DNA of 64,000 nt, taken from NCBI GenBank assembly GCA_959604825.1, contig CAUHCN010000004.1:4815-68814 (forward strand), written 5' to 3'. A model generated the notes under the pieces. That model was not told the origin of the DNA. It did no database searches and saw only the letters and a program-made list of their open reading frames with translations. A program made the translations under genes and the position numbers. This document shows positions 39,378-48,247 of the stretch, piece by piece. Within the stretch, counting starts at the first letter, position 1, and every line of letters begins with the position of its first letter. Source of the stretch: an uncultured Collinsella sp. Its GTDB lineage: Bacteria; Actinomycetota; Coriobacteriia; Coriobacteriales; Coriobacteriaceae.

Positions 39378-40346
39378 ATGAACGCACACGATCTGATCAA
39401 AGAGGCAATTGCCGAGAAGGGCAAGTTCGACAGCGTCTACTGGATTGCTTGCGGTGGCTCCATGATCGATTTGATCCCGGCTCATGAGCTTCTGCAGCGC
39501 GAGGCAACCACCTTCACTTCGTATATCTATACCGCGCGTGAATTCGACATTATGCGTCCGCGTCGTCTGGGCGAGAAGTCCCTGGTCATCGCTTGTAGCC
39601 ACAGTGGCAACACCCCCGAGGTCGTCGAGGGCTGCGAGATTGCCCTTGCTGCCGGCGCTACGGTGATCGCCCAGACCGACAACGCTGGATCTAAGATCGA
39701 CTCCGGCAAGTGGACCACGTGGGTCTACCCGTGGGGCGAGGGTGTGCCGCAGGCCGAGGTCCCCGCTGGTATTTCGCTGTCGCTTGCGGCAGAGCTGCTC
39801 GATCAGCAGGAGGGCTACGCCGATCTTGCCGATATGTATGCCGGTATCGCCGAGATGGATAAGATTCTTCCCCCGGCACGCGAGAAGGTAAATGCCGAGC
39901 TGGGCGATCGCTTTGCCAAGCTTTGCCAGGAGCACGAGTTCTTCTATATTCTGGGCAGCGGTCCCAACTTTAGCCAGACCTACGGTTTCGCTATCTGCTC
40001 TCTTATGGAGATGCAGTGGCAGCACTGCAGCTACATCCACTCTGCCGAGTACTTCCATGGCCCCTTCGAGGCTACTCAGGATGGCGTTTTTTACTTCCTG
40101 CAGATGGGCTCCAGCGAGTGCCGTGCTATGGACGAGCGCGCCCTGGCGTTCCTTAAGACGCATACCGATACGCTGATGGTGCTCGATGCCAAGGAGTACG
40201 GTATGGAAGCCGTGCCGGCGAGCGTCCGTGCCTATCTGGACCCGGTGCTGTTCTATGCCATGAACTGCGAGCTGCGTGCTGCACGCGGCAAGGTGTTTGA
40301 TCACGATCCCGATTTCCGTCGCTATATGGGTGTTGTCGAGTACTAG
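39378..40346 (+). CDS. frlB: fructosamine-6-phosphate deglycase (SIS domain)
   Basis: ACGGS, SHSGNTPE, LMEMQW, EYFHGPFE, RRYMG. Confidence 0.9.
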   Translation: MNAHDLIKEAIAEKGKFDSVYWIACGGSMIDLIPAHELLQREATTFTSYIYTAREFDIMRPRRLGEKSLVIACSHSGNTPEVVEGCEIALAAGATVIAQTDNAGSKIDSGKWTTWVYPWGEGVPQAEVPAGISLSLAAELLDQQEGYADLADMYAGIAEMDKILPPAREKVNAELGDRFAKLCQEHEFFYILGSGPNFSQTYGFAICSLMEMQWQHCSYIHSAEYFHGPFEATQDGVFYFLQMGSSECRAMDERALAFLKTHTDTLMVLDAKEYGMEAVPASVRAYLDPVLFYAMNCELRAARGKVFDHDPDFRRYMGVVEY

Positions 40347-40360
40347 AAGGGACAAAGGCC

Positions 40361-41224
40361 ATGGCATTTAACGTTAACGCGCTCGGATTTGGCGACAACG
40401 TCGTCGATCGCTACGAGCATATCCATACCATGTATCCTGGCGGCAATGCGGTGAACTTCGCCGTTTATGCCAAGAAATGCGGTGCCGCACGCTCCGCATA
40501 CATGGGCATTTTTGGCAATGACGCCGCTGCCGAGCATGTCATTGCAAGCCTCGAGGATGAGGGTATCGAGCTTGACAAGTGCGAGCAGATGATTGGCGAG
40601 AACGGAGCGGCTCGCGTCACCGTCGTTGACGGTGACCGTGTCTTCCTTGGCTCCAACGAGGGCGGTATCCGTGGCGATGCGCGCTATGTCCTCGATCGCT
40701 TTGACCTTTCGTACATGAAGCAGTTCGATGTGGTTCATTCGGGCAACTATTGCTTTACCGAGCGCGAGCTGCCCAAGCTGAAGGCTGCGGGCGTCACGGT
40801 CTCTTTTGACTTTTCGGACGACTCCACCGACGAGTACTACGAGCAGATTGCGCCCTACGTCGATTTCGCTTTCTTTAGTGCGGCGGATGCCGCGAGTGAG
40901 GACGAGATTCGCGAGCGTCTGGCATGGGTGAAGGGCTTGGGTCCGCGTTTTGTGTCGGCTACGGCGGGCGCCGAGGGCTGCATTGCTTACGACGGCGAGC
41001 GTTATTACCGCCAGCTGGCTAAACCGGTAACGGACATGAAGGACACCATGGGGGCGGGCGACTCGTTCCTCACCTCGTTTTTGATGTGCTATCTCGATTC
41101 CGCCAAGCGTGGTGAAGATGGCGCCGAGGCCATCGAGCGTGCGCTCGACTTTGCTGCCGGGTTTGCCTCGACCGTGTGCGGCATGGAAGGTTCTTGGGGC
41201 CACGGAGCACCAATCGTCGAATAG
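40361..41224 (+). CDS. frlD: fructoselysine 6-kinase (PfkB)
   Basis: GDNVVD, YPGGNAVN, DFS, DTMGAGDSF. Confidence 0.82.
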   Translation: MAFNVNALGFGDNVVDRYEHIHTMYPGGNAVNFAVYAKKCGAARSAYMGIFGNDAAAEHVIASLEDEGIELDKCEQMIGENGAARVTVVDGDRVFLGSNEGGIRGDARYVLDRFDLSYMKQFDVVHSGNYCFTERELPKLKAAGVTVSFDFSDDSTDEYYEQIAPYVDFAFFSAADAASEDEIRERLAWVKGLGPRFVSATAGAEGCIAYDGERYYRQLAKPVTDMKDTMGAGDSFLTSFLMCYLDSAKRGEDGAEAIERALDFAAGFASTVCGMEGSWGHGAPIVE

Positions 41225-41345
41225 CTTAAGAAAGCGTACGGCGGTCTGGCTATGAGGCTTTGGACGGCCGATGCAAAACAATAAGCGAAACGCGAAAAGG
41301 GGGCTCGCCATGTGGTGGGTCCCCTTTTGAACATTGGAGAAGACC

Positions 41346-42146
41346 ATGGGTATTAAAGCGTGCGCGGCTGGTTTTTGCTGTGCGGACGTCTATCAAAACA
41401 TCGGCGTGTTCTATCCGACTGGTAATGGCATTGACTGGGGTATCCATCTTGCACGAATGGGAGTTTCGGTATCCGCCGTGTCGGTTGTCGGCAAGGACGA
41501 GTACGGAGACAAGATGAGAGAGGCGCTGGCCGCTGAGGGGTTCGATATCTCACATCTGCGGGTGGAGGATGGCGACACCTCGGTGATGCTCATGGCATTG
41601 AAAGACGGCGTCGATCGCGTGCATCTCGAGGCAATCGATGGTGTTATGGAGACATATCGACCGAATGAAGATGACCGGGCGTTTATCCTAGAGCATGACA
41701 TCATTCATACCGACCTGTTTGGCAATTGTTTGGACCTCCTGCCCGAATGGCATGATGCGGGCAAGACGGTGGTTATGGACTTCTCGGTGTTCAGCCAGGA
41801 TCCCGAATATGCCTGCGAGGCTCATTTTCCTTACGTAGACTATGCGTTTATGTCGTTTGAAGAGGACACTCCGGAGCTGCGTGATTGGGTACGTCACGTA
41901 CAGAAGTTGGGGCCGCGGGTGGCAGTTGCCACGCTTGGCGAGAAGGGAAGCATTGCCTATGACGGTGAGCGCTTCTATGAGTGCGGGATCGTGCCGGCGG
42001 AGAAGGTCGTTAATACCGTGGGTGCCGGCGACTCGTATATCGCCGGGTTTACCAAGGGCGTGATCGATGGCCTTGATATTCCGGCGTGTATGAAGGCGGG
42101 CGCTGAGCTGTCGTCCCGAGTGATTGGTTCGTTTGAGCCGTACTAG
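41346..42146 (+). CDS. second FrlD-like PfkB kinase
   Basis: YPTGNG, DFS, NTVGAGDSY. Confidence 0.82.
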   Translation: MGIKACAAGFCCADVYQNIGVFYPTGNGIDWGIHLARMGVSVSAVSVVGKDEYGDKMREALAAEGFDISHLRVEDGDTSVMLMALKDGVDRVHLEAIDGVMETYRPNEDDRAFILEHDIIHTDLFGNCLDLLPEWHDAGKTVVMDFSVFSQDPEYACEAHFPYVDYAFMSFEEDTPELRDWVRHVQKLGPRVAVATLGEKGSIAYDGERFYECGIVPAEKVVNTVGAGDSYIAGFTKGVIDGLDIPACMKAGAELSSRVIGSFEPY

Positions 42147-42173
42147 GGTCAAATGCCTGGAAAGGAGTACGAA

Positions 42174-43034
42174 ATGGTTATCGACATGTTGGTCCATCCT
42201 ATGCTCTACGGCGAGATCTGTACGCCGGGTGATGAGCCTGATGGATTCGGTTTTTGGTCACGAGAATTTGGTATGGGGCATATGGGCCCCATGGATTGGG
42301 ATGAGCTTCAAGTCGAGATGGACGTCTGCGATGTGCAGAAGAGCGTGCTCATGCCGCTCGATGTAACCACGGCATGCGGAGGGCACTTTGGCACCAATGA
42401 CCAGATTGCCATGCTGGTTGCCGCACATCCCGATCGTCTGTGGGGATTTGCGAGCGTAGACCCGCAGGTGAGCGGTGCCGCAGACGAATTGGAGCGCGCC
42501 TTTACCGAGTTGGGGGCAAAGGGGCTTTGCCTGCATCCTGCAAAGCAGGGTTTTGCCCCCGATGATGCTGTGGCCGAGCCGCTTTACGAACTGTGCGAGC
42601 GCTATAACAAGCCGATGGTTTTCCATGCCGGTATGTCTTGGGAGCCGGGCGCAGAGCTCTCGCGCAGTAACCCGCTTGCATTTGAGCACACAATCGCAAC
42701 GCATCCAAATGTGCGTTTTAGTTTGACCCATTTTGGCTGGCCCTGGGTGCGCGAGACCGTGGCGATGCTGCTCAAGTATCCCAACTGCTACGCGGACACC
42801 TCTATCACTTACATCGATTCGCCCGAGGAGATGATGCAGCGTCTTTTCACGGTCGATATGGGGCCGCTGTGGTATGAGCGCGCGCTATCGCACCAAGTGA
42901 TGTTCGCCAGCAATACGCCGCGCTTCCGTGCATTCAAACTCAAGCGGGCGCTCGATACCGTGCCCATGCGCGATGATGCGCGAGAAAGGCTCTACTGGGG
43001 TAATGCCCTGCGTTTTCTTGAAGGGGATGAGTGA
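42174..43034 (+). CDS. amidohydrolase_2 family protein
   Basis: DMLVH, LHP, FHAG, THFG.PW, ADTS, FASNTP. Confidence 0.8.
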   Translation: MVIDMLVHPMLYGEICTPGDEPDGFGFWSREFGMGHMGPMDWDELQVEMDVCDVQKSVLMPLDVTTACGGHFGTNDQIAMLVAAHPDRLWGFASVDPQVSGAADELERAFTELGAKGLCLHPAKQGFAPDDAVAEPLYELCERYNKPMVFHAGMSWEPGAELSRSNPLAFEHTIATHPNVRFSLTHFGWPWVRETVAMLLKYPNCYADTSITYIDSPEEMMQRLFTVDMGPLWYERALSHQVMFASNTPRFRAFKLKRALDTVPMRDDARERLYWGNALRFLEGDE

Positions 43035-43036
43035 AC

Positions 43037-43465
43037 ATGGTGACGCTCGAGACATTGAGCTATCTATCGACTGCTCCGGACCAGTTCATCGATATTACCG
43101 AGGACGTGCACGCTGCCATCGAACGCAGCTCGGTGACCAATGGCTTGGCGGCGATTATTTTGTCGCATACGACCTGCGGAATCGTGGTAAACGAGGGGCT
43201 GCCCTGCGTGGAGACGGATCTTATGGAGACGCTTGATCGCATCGCCCCACTCGATGCCCCCTATGCGCATGCACACTTCCTGCCGAGCTATGGAGCCACC
43301 GGTAACAACTCCTGTGGGCATATCAAGAGCATGATTTGTGGAAACAGTTGCTTCTTTCCCGTCCAAGATGGCCACATCGTGTGCGGAAGTGCCCAGAACA
43401 TCTATCTTGCGGAGTTTGACGGTCCGCAGAAGCGAAAAGTGTACGTCGAGGTGCTGGGGGAGTAA
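43037..43465 (+). CDS. YjbQ/UPF0047 family protein
   Basis: HTTC...NE, HIKS, EFDGP.KR. Confidence 0.85.
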   Translation: MVTLETLSYLSTAPDQFIDITEDVHAAIERSSVTNGLAAIILSHTTCGIVVNEGLPCVETDLMETLDRIAPLDAPYAHAHFLPSYGATGNNSCGHIKSMICGNSCFFPVQDGHIVCGSAQNIYLAEFDGPQKRKVYVEVLGE

Positions 43466-43498
43466 CGTCCCTGCAATAACCCTATGAAGGAGCACGTT

Positions 43499-44308
43499 AT
43501 GTCGTTTCTAACTTCGATGTTCAAGAACGAAAAGCCGGTTATCGGAATGCTGCACCTGCGTCCTCTGCCGGGCGATCCGCTGTATTACCCGGGCGGAAGC
43601 GTATCGCAGGTCGTGGAAGCCGCCAAGCGCGATCTCGAGGCGTTGCAGCAGGGCGGTGTCGATGGCATTTTGATTACCAATGAGCTCTCGATGCCCTATG
43701 AGCAGCATGTTTCTCCCTCAACCCTTGCATCGATGGGCTATGTAATCGGGGCTCTGTCCCATGATCTGTCGACTCCTTGGGGAGCTGAGGCAATTTACGA
43801 TGGTGATGCCACAATCGAGCTGTGCGCTGCCGTCGACGCGCAGTTCACGCGCTGCAATTTTTGCGGTGCCTGGGCCGGTGATCTCGGGCTGATTAACCGA
43901 GATTTCGCTCACACCATGCGTCGCAAGGCGGCGCTGCGCTTGGACGACCTCAAGCTTTTTCACTTCATCACGAGCGAGGGCGAGGTTTATCTCAACGACC
44001 GCACGACCGCGGACATTGCCGATTCACTTCTCTTTAATTGCCTACCGGATGCGATGGTCATCGGCGGTTCGGCTGCCGGTCGTGGCGCTTCGGGCGAGCT
44101 TGCCGACGAGGTCCGCGAGCGTGTTGGCGAAGTGCCCGTGGTATGTGGCACCGGTTGTCGCGAAAATACCGTGGCTGACGTATTTGCTCACTACGATGGC
44201 GCGTTTGTCGGCACGTGCTTAAAGCGCGACGGAAAGCTGGATGCCCCGATTGATGTTGAGCGGGTGGTTCGTTTTATGGCTGCCGCTCGTACGGCGCGAG
44301 GGGAGTAG
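43499..44308 (+). CDS. BtpA/SgcQ family TIM-barrel protein
   Basis: KPVIGMLHL.PLPG.P, GGVDGI...NE..MPY, GTG, DGAFVGT. Confidence 0.88.
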   Translation: MSFLTSMFKNEKPVIGMLHLRPLPGDPLYYPGGSVSQVVEAAKRDLEALQQGGVDGILITNELSMPYEQHVSPSTLASMGYVIGALSHDLSTPWGAEAIYDGDATIELCAAVDAQFTRCNFCGAWAGDLGLINRDFAHTMRRKAALRLDDLKLFHFITSEGEVYLNDRTTADIADSLLFNCLPDAMVIGGSAAGRGASGELADEVRERVGEVPVVCGTGCRENTVADVFAHYDGAFVGTCLKRDGKLDAPIDVERVVRFMAAARTARGE

Positions 44309-44314
44309 GCACCT

Positions 44315-45832
44315 ATGGCGCTCTATCTGGGTATTGATATTGGGACAAGCGCCTCTAAAGGCGTTTTAATCGATGATCGATGCAACATCGTTTGCCAAGC
44401 CTCTTGTGGACATGAGACGGACAACCCGTGTGATGGATGGTACCAGCATGATGCTGAGGCAGTTTGGTGGGGCGATTTTTGCCGCTTGTCGCGCGAGCTG
44501 GTGATGCGATCGGGGGTTAACGCGGCGCAGATCGGATGCGTGGGCCTTTCCGCATTGGGTTGCGACTGTGTGCCGGTCGATACCGAGTGCAACGCGCTGG
44601 CGCCCGCGATTTTGTATGGAGTCGATGCACGTTCGAAGCCGCAGATTGACGAGCTCCTTTCCGAATATGGGTCAGGTCGCGCACGCGAACTTTTCGGGCA
44701 CGATCCCTGCTCATCAGATATTGCTCCCAAGATCTTATGGTTTAAGGAGAATATGCCCGAGGTGCACGAACGTGCCGCGAAGTTCCTGACGGCATCATCG
44801 TTTCTATGCGCAAAGTTGACGGGGCGTTTTACGGTGGACCGTTACTTGGCGGAGGATTTTCTTCCCCTATACGACCGCTACACTTGGAGGGTTGATGCTC
44901 GGGAATGTGCTCGTTTCTGCCGGCCTGACCAGATGACGGAGGTAATGTCGGCTACCGATATTGCCGGGGTGATTACGCAGCGCGCGGCTGAGGCGACAGG
45001 GCTCGCGGCAGGGACACCTGTCTTAGTGGGAACGGGCGACTCTGGTGCCGAGGCCATTTCGACGGGTGTATTTCGTCCCGGCGATATGATGGTTCAGTTG
45101 GGGAGCACGGCGTATTTCATCTACCTAGCTGATCATATGGTCGATGATGCCCGCCTGTGGCCAGGGACGTTTATCATTCCCGGAACTTACGGGATCTGCG
45201 CGGGGACCAATACGGCGGGTGCACTCACATCGTGGCTGCGCCAAGAGCTGTATCGCGACGCCGTGGAGGCCGAGGGCCACGGTGGCCCCGATGCATATTC
45301 GGTCATGGCGCATGATGCCGCCGATGTGGCGCCGGGTGCCGATGGGCTCCTGTGCCTGCCGTACTTTGCGGGGGAGCGTACTCCGCTCAACGATCCCGAG
45401 GCACGTGGCGTCTTCTTTGGCCTGACCGGAAGGCATACGCGAGCCCATATGGTTCGCGCCGCCTTGGAAGGCGTCGCGTATACCGTTGCATCCCATGTCG
45501 ACATTATCGAGCGAGAGCATGGACTGCCAATTGGGCGCATTATGCTTGTCGGAGGTGGAACCAAGAATCCAGTTTGGATGCAGGCTATCGCCGACGTATG
45601 CGGGCGCGAGGTCTCGGTTGCCAAGGTTACGGTGGGCGCATGCTTCGGTGATGCCATCATGGCAGCTCTCGCAGGTGGCGCCTATGCATCATGGGATGAA
45701 CTCGCCCAAGTCCTTGGCGTTGCACAAACAATCGTGCCCGATATGGCTGCCCACGAGCTATATGCGTCGCGTCGTCATATCTTTGACGAATTGTATGCAC
45801 GCAACCGTGATCTCATGCACGAATTGGTGTAA
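44315..45832 (+). CDS. FGGY carbohydrate kinase (xylulokinase-like)
   Basis: GIDIGTS, GTGD, LPYFAGERTP, GGG. Confidence 0.9.
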   Translation: MALYLGIDIGTSASKGVLIDDRCNIVCQASCGHETDNPCDGWYQHDAEAVWWGDFCRLSRELVMRSGVNAAQIGCVGLSALGCDCVPVDTECNALAPAILYGVDARSKPQIDELLSEYGSGRARELFGHDPCSSDIAPKILWFKENMPEVHERAAKFLTASSFLCAKLTGRFTVDRYLAEDFLPLYDRYTWRVDARECARFCRPDQMTEVMSATDIAGVITQRAAEATGLAAGTPVLVGTGDSGAEAISTGVFRPGDMMVQLGSTAYFIYLADHMVDDARLWPGTFIIPGTYGICAGTNTAGALTSWLRQELYRDAVEAEGHGGPDAYSVMAHDAADVAPGADGLLCLPYFAGERTPLNDPEARGVFFGLTGRHTRAHMVRAALEGVAYTVASHVDIIEREHGLPIGRIMLVGGGTKNPVWMQAIADVCGREVSVAKVTVGACFGDAIMAALAGGAYASWDELAQVLGVAQTIVPDMAAHELYASRRHIFDELYARNRDLMHELV

Positions 45833-45913
45833 TGCTGCCGAATTGTACTGCCTTCCAAAATAGGGACTGCGTTGTGCGATTCGCATGTCCCTTGGCATTT
45901 TTGCCCACAGTGG

Positions 45914-46696
45914 TTAGCGAAGGTCAAAAACAGAGTGCGCATTTGCTAAAACTACCGACTCGATGCGCTTTGCGTCACAGTTTTTGAGTGAGGCAATGCG
46001 CATCGAGGTCCTTGCGAGCGATTTGATGAGCGACTGCGCGCTTGTTTCTGTGTTTGGCTCGGCCGGCGCATCGGTCTCGAGCAGTAGACGGTCGAGTGGA
46101 ATCTGTCGTGCGTATTCGCGTCCTCGTTTGGACGCGAGCATGCGTTCGTTGACGGAAAAATAACAGCCCGCATTACGCGCGCGGGCGAGTTCGTCCGAAG
46201 TACCGCTAAACCAGTGGAAGATGATAACGGGGGAGTCGGAGTTTGGGATGAGTGGTCCATGCGATTCGAGGACGTTCAGTACGGTTCCTGCCGAACGAAC
46301 AGCGTGAATTGATATCACGCGCCCGGCAAGAGGGTGCTGCGCGAGTGCATCGCAGAGCCGGTCAAATGCCTGTACTTGTAGCGGCTCGCTTCCGGCAAAA
46401 CGAGCGGAAAAGTCGAGCCCGACCTCGCCGATCAAGCGTTCTTGTGCAGCAACTTCGCAAAGCAGATTGATTTCAGCGTTGCCACATCGTCCGTCGGCGA
46501 GCCACCAGGGATGGAGGCCGATGCCGGCAAAGATATTTGAACGGCCGCAGGCGCGCTTCTTGGCGCGTGCAAAGTCGTGCGGATCGACGCCGCAGTCAAA
46601 TAGAATCAGGCCCAGCGCCGTTGCCTCATCGGCAACGGCGTCCGGGTGAGCCATTAGATCAAGATGGCAGTGTGCATCAAATAACCGGGGCTCCAT
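45914..46696 (-). CDS. TatD family nuclease/hydrolase
   Basis: DAHCH, GLHPW, GEVGLD, IH, FHWFSG, LETDAP. Confidence 0.9.
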   Translation of the reverse strand: MEPRLFDAHCHLDLMAHPDAVADEATALGLILFDCGVDPHDFARAKKRACGRSNIFAGIGLHPWWLADGRCGNAEINLLCEVAAQERLIGEVGLDFSARFAGSEPLQVQAFDRLCDALAQHPLAGRVISIHAVRSAGTVLNVLESHGPLIPNSDSPVIIFHWFSGTSDELARARNAGCYFSVNERMLASKRGREYARQIPLDRLLLETDAPAEPNTETSAQSLIKSLARTSMRIASLKNCDAKRIESVVLANAHSVFDLR

Positions 46697-46710
46697 CTCG
46701 GCGCGCTCCG

Positions 46711-47508
46711 CTAGTCTAGGCGCTGGCCATCGGCGCGCACGCGCTCGGTGCCGCGGCCACTGATCTGACGGATAACCTCGCCGGCGATCATCTGGCCCAT
46801 GATGGGCGGCATAAAACTGGCAGTTCCCAACTCGGTACGCTCGTGGATGTTGGACGGGTCGCGGGGCTGGGTCTTAACCGATTCCTCGCAGCTAAACAGC
46901 ACGTGCAGGCTCTTGATTCCGCGCTTCTTACATTCTTTGCGCATAATGCGGCTCATGGGGTCACGTACCGTATCGAAAATGTCGGCAAAGCGGAGGCACT
47001 CGGGATGGAGCTTGTTGGCCCCGCCCATGGAACTAACCAAACGAATGTCGTGGTCCTGAGCATATTTGGCAATGGTGAGCTTGGCCGAGATGGTGTCGAT
47101 GGCGTCGACGACGTAGTCAATCTTGCCCTCCGTCTGCTCCAAAACACTCGCGAAGAAATCATCGATGTTGTCGCTCAACAGGTATTCGGTGCGCTTGATG
47201 ACGGTAGCGGCTGGATTGATGTCGTGGATCATGGCTTCCATAACATCGACCTTGCGCTTGCCGATGGTGCTTTGAAAGGCGATGGCCTGGCGATTGATAT
47301 TGCTGGGCGCGATGATGTCCTTATCCAGAATGACGAAATGACCAATGCCGCCGCGGGCAAGTGCCTCGCAGCAATTGGAGCCCACACCTCCGCAGCCGAG
47401 CACCAGCACCGTGGCGGCGGCGAGTTTGTCGAGTGCCTCGCGGCCCATGATGATCTCGAGCTTGGTGTCGCGTGTCTCGTTGGGGGTTGCGGCTGTGGTT
47501 TCGGTCAT
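46711..47508 (-). CDS. tcdA: tRNA threonylcarbamoyladenosine dehydratase (ThiF family)
   Basis: GCGGVGS, SNINRQ, DAID, SSMGG, DPMSR, SCEE. Confidence 0.85.
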   Translation of the reverse strand: MTETTAATPNETRDTKLEIIMGREALDKLAAATVLVLGCGGVGSNCCEALARGGIGHFVILDKDIIAPSNINRQAIAFQSTIGKRKVDVMEAMIHDINPAATVIKRTEYLLSDNIDDFFASVLEQTEGKIDYVVDAIDTISAKLTIAKYAQDHDIRLVSSMGGANKLHPECLRFADIFDTVRDPMSRIMRKECKKRGIKSLHVLFSCEESVKTQPRDPSNIHERTELGTASFMPPIMGQMIAGEVIRQISGRGTERVRADGQRLD

Positions 47509-47562
47509 AGACATCCTCCGATGGGGAAGCGAATCGTGTTTTAGCTATCGTCATTATAGGTA

Positions 47563-47802
47563 TTATCGCGATTCCATTTGAGCCCTAGGGGCTTGTTGAA
47601 ATGAGGCAGTGATTCGCATAAGATGAAGCAGATGGCACCCGTTGCCGCGGGTTGGCCAACTCCCAAACACGTTTGTAGCGTGAGAAGTGGCCGTCTTCGC
47701 ATTACGCGGGGGCGGCTCTTTCATTCGACCTCCAATGTGGATGCCGAGCTCCACAGCCGCGATTACAAGCAATAACAACGTCAGGACATCGTCAATACTC
47801 AT
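47563..47802 (-). CDS. candidate type I toxin (single TM, first 28 aa) with read-through tail
   Basis: AAGGAG SD; MSIDDVLTLLLLVIAAVELGIHIGGRMK is a hydrophobic helix with a basic end. Confidence 0.55.
   Translation of the reverse strand: MSIDDVLTLLLLVIAAVELGIHIGGRMKEPPPRNAKTATSHATNVFGSWPTRGNGCHLLHLMRITASFQQAPRAQMESR
47631..47724 (+). ncRNA. candidate cis-antisense antitoxin sRNA
   Basis: TTGAAA-N17-TAAGAT promoter (47596-47624); ends in hairpin GGCCGTCTTCGC/GCGGGGGCGGCT plus CTTTCATT. Confidence 0.55.
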
Positions 47803-47867
47803 AGTCCATCTCCTTCTCGGGTAGAGGGAGCTGGCCCATCTGCTTCAACTTCCATTGTAGCTAAATA

Positions 47868-47881
47868 CGAACGAATGTTCT
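47868..47881. promoter_or_regulatory. LexA (SOS) box over the minus-strand promoter of the small ORF
   Basis: CGAAC-GAAT-GTTCT; minus-strand -10 TACAAT at 47859-47854. Confidence 0.65.
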
Positions 47882-47895
47882 ATAGATGTTCCTGT

Positions 47896-47921
47896 ATTAG
47901 ATAGTTAGACAAACATCTAAA
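47896..47921. promoter_or_regulatory. probable SdpR (ArsR) operator
   Basis: TTAGA repeats and palindrome TTAGA-N6-TCTAA (47905-47920). Confidence 0.5.
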
Positions 47922-47968
47922 TATCGAGTATAGTGTGCGCGTCATGAGGGGTGCTGAGAGGAGGTCTT

Positions 47969-48247
47969 ATGCCGGGAGAGGGTTTTAAGGCGCTTGCTGA
48001 TCCAACGCGACGGCGCATTTTGGAGTTGCTGCGCGAGGGCAATTGTACGGCCGGGGAGCTTGCCGAGCATTTTGACATTAGCAAGCCGTCATTGAGCCAT
48101 CATTTGGCGACGCTCAAAAACGCCGGGCTGGTGACCGACGAGCGCCATGGCCAAAACATCGTTTACAGCTTAAACACCACCGTCATGCAGGACTTGATTG
48201 GCTGGTTTATGGGCTTTACAAACACGGAAGGTGATAAGGATGAATAA
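47969..48247 (+). CDS. sdpR: ArsR/SdpR family repressor
   Basis: FKALADPTRRRILELL, SKPSLSHHL, YSLNTTV; followed by sdpI. Confidence 0.82.
   Translation: MPGEGFKALADPTRRRILELLREGNCTAGELAEHFDISKPSLSHHLATLKNAGLVTDERHGQNIVYSLNTTVMQDLIGWFMGFTNTEGDKDE

Noticed and set aside
45914..47508. TatD plus ThiF as an anti-phage system (Qat or CBASS E1-like)
   Set aside because: The ThiF protein has TcdA motifs, composition is host-like, and no ATPase, QueC or cyclase partners are present.
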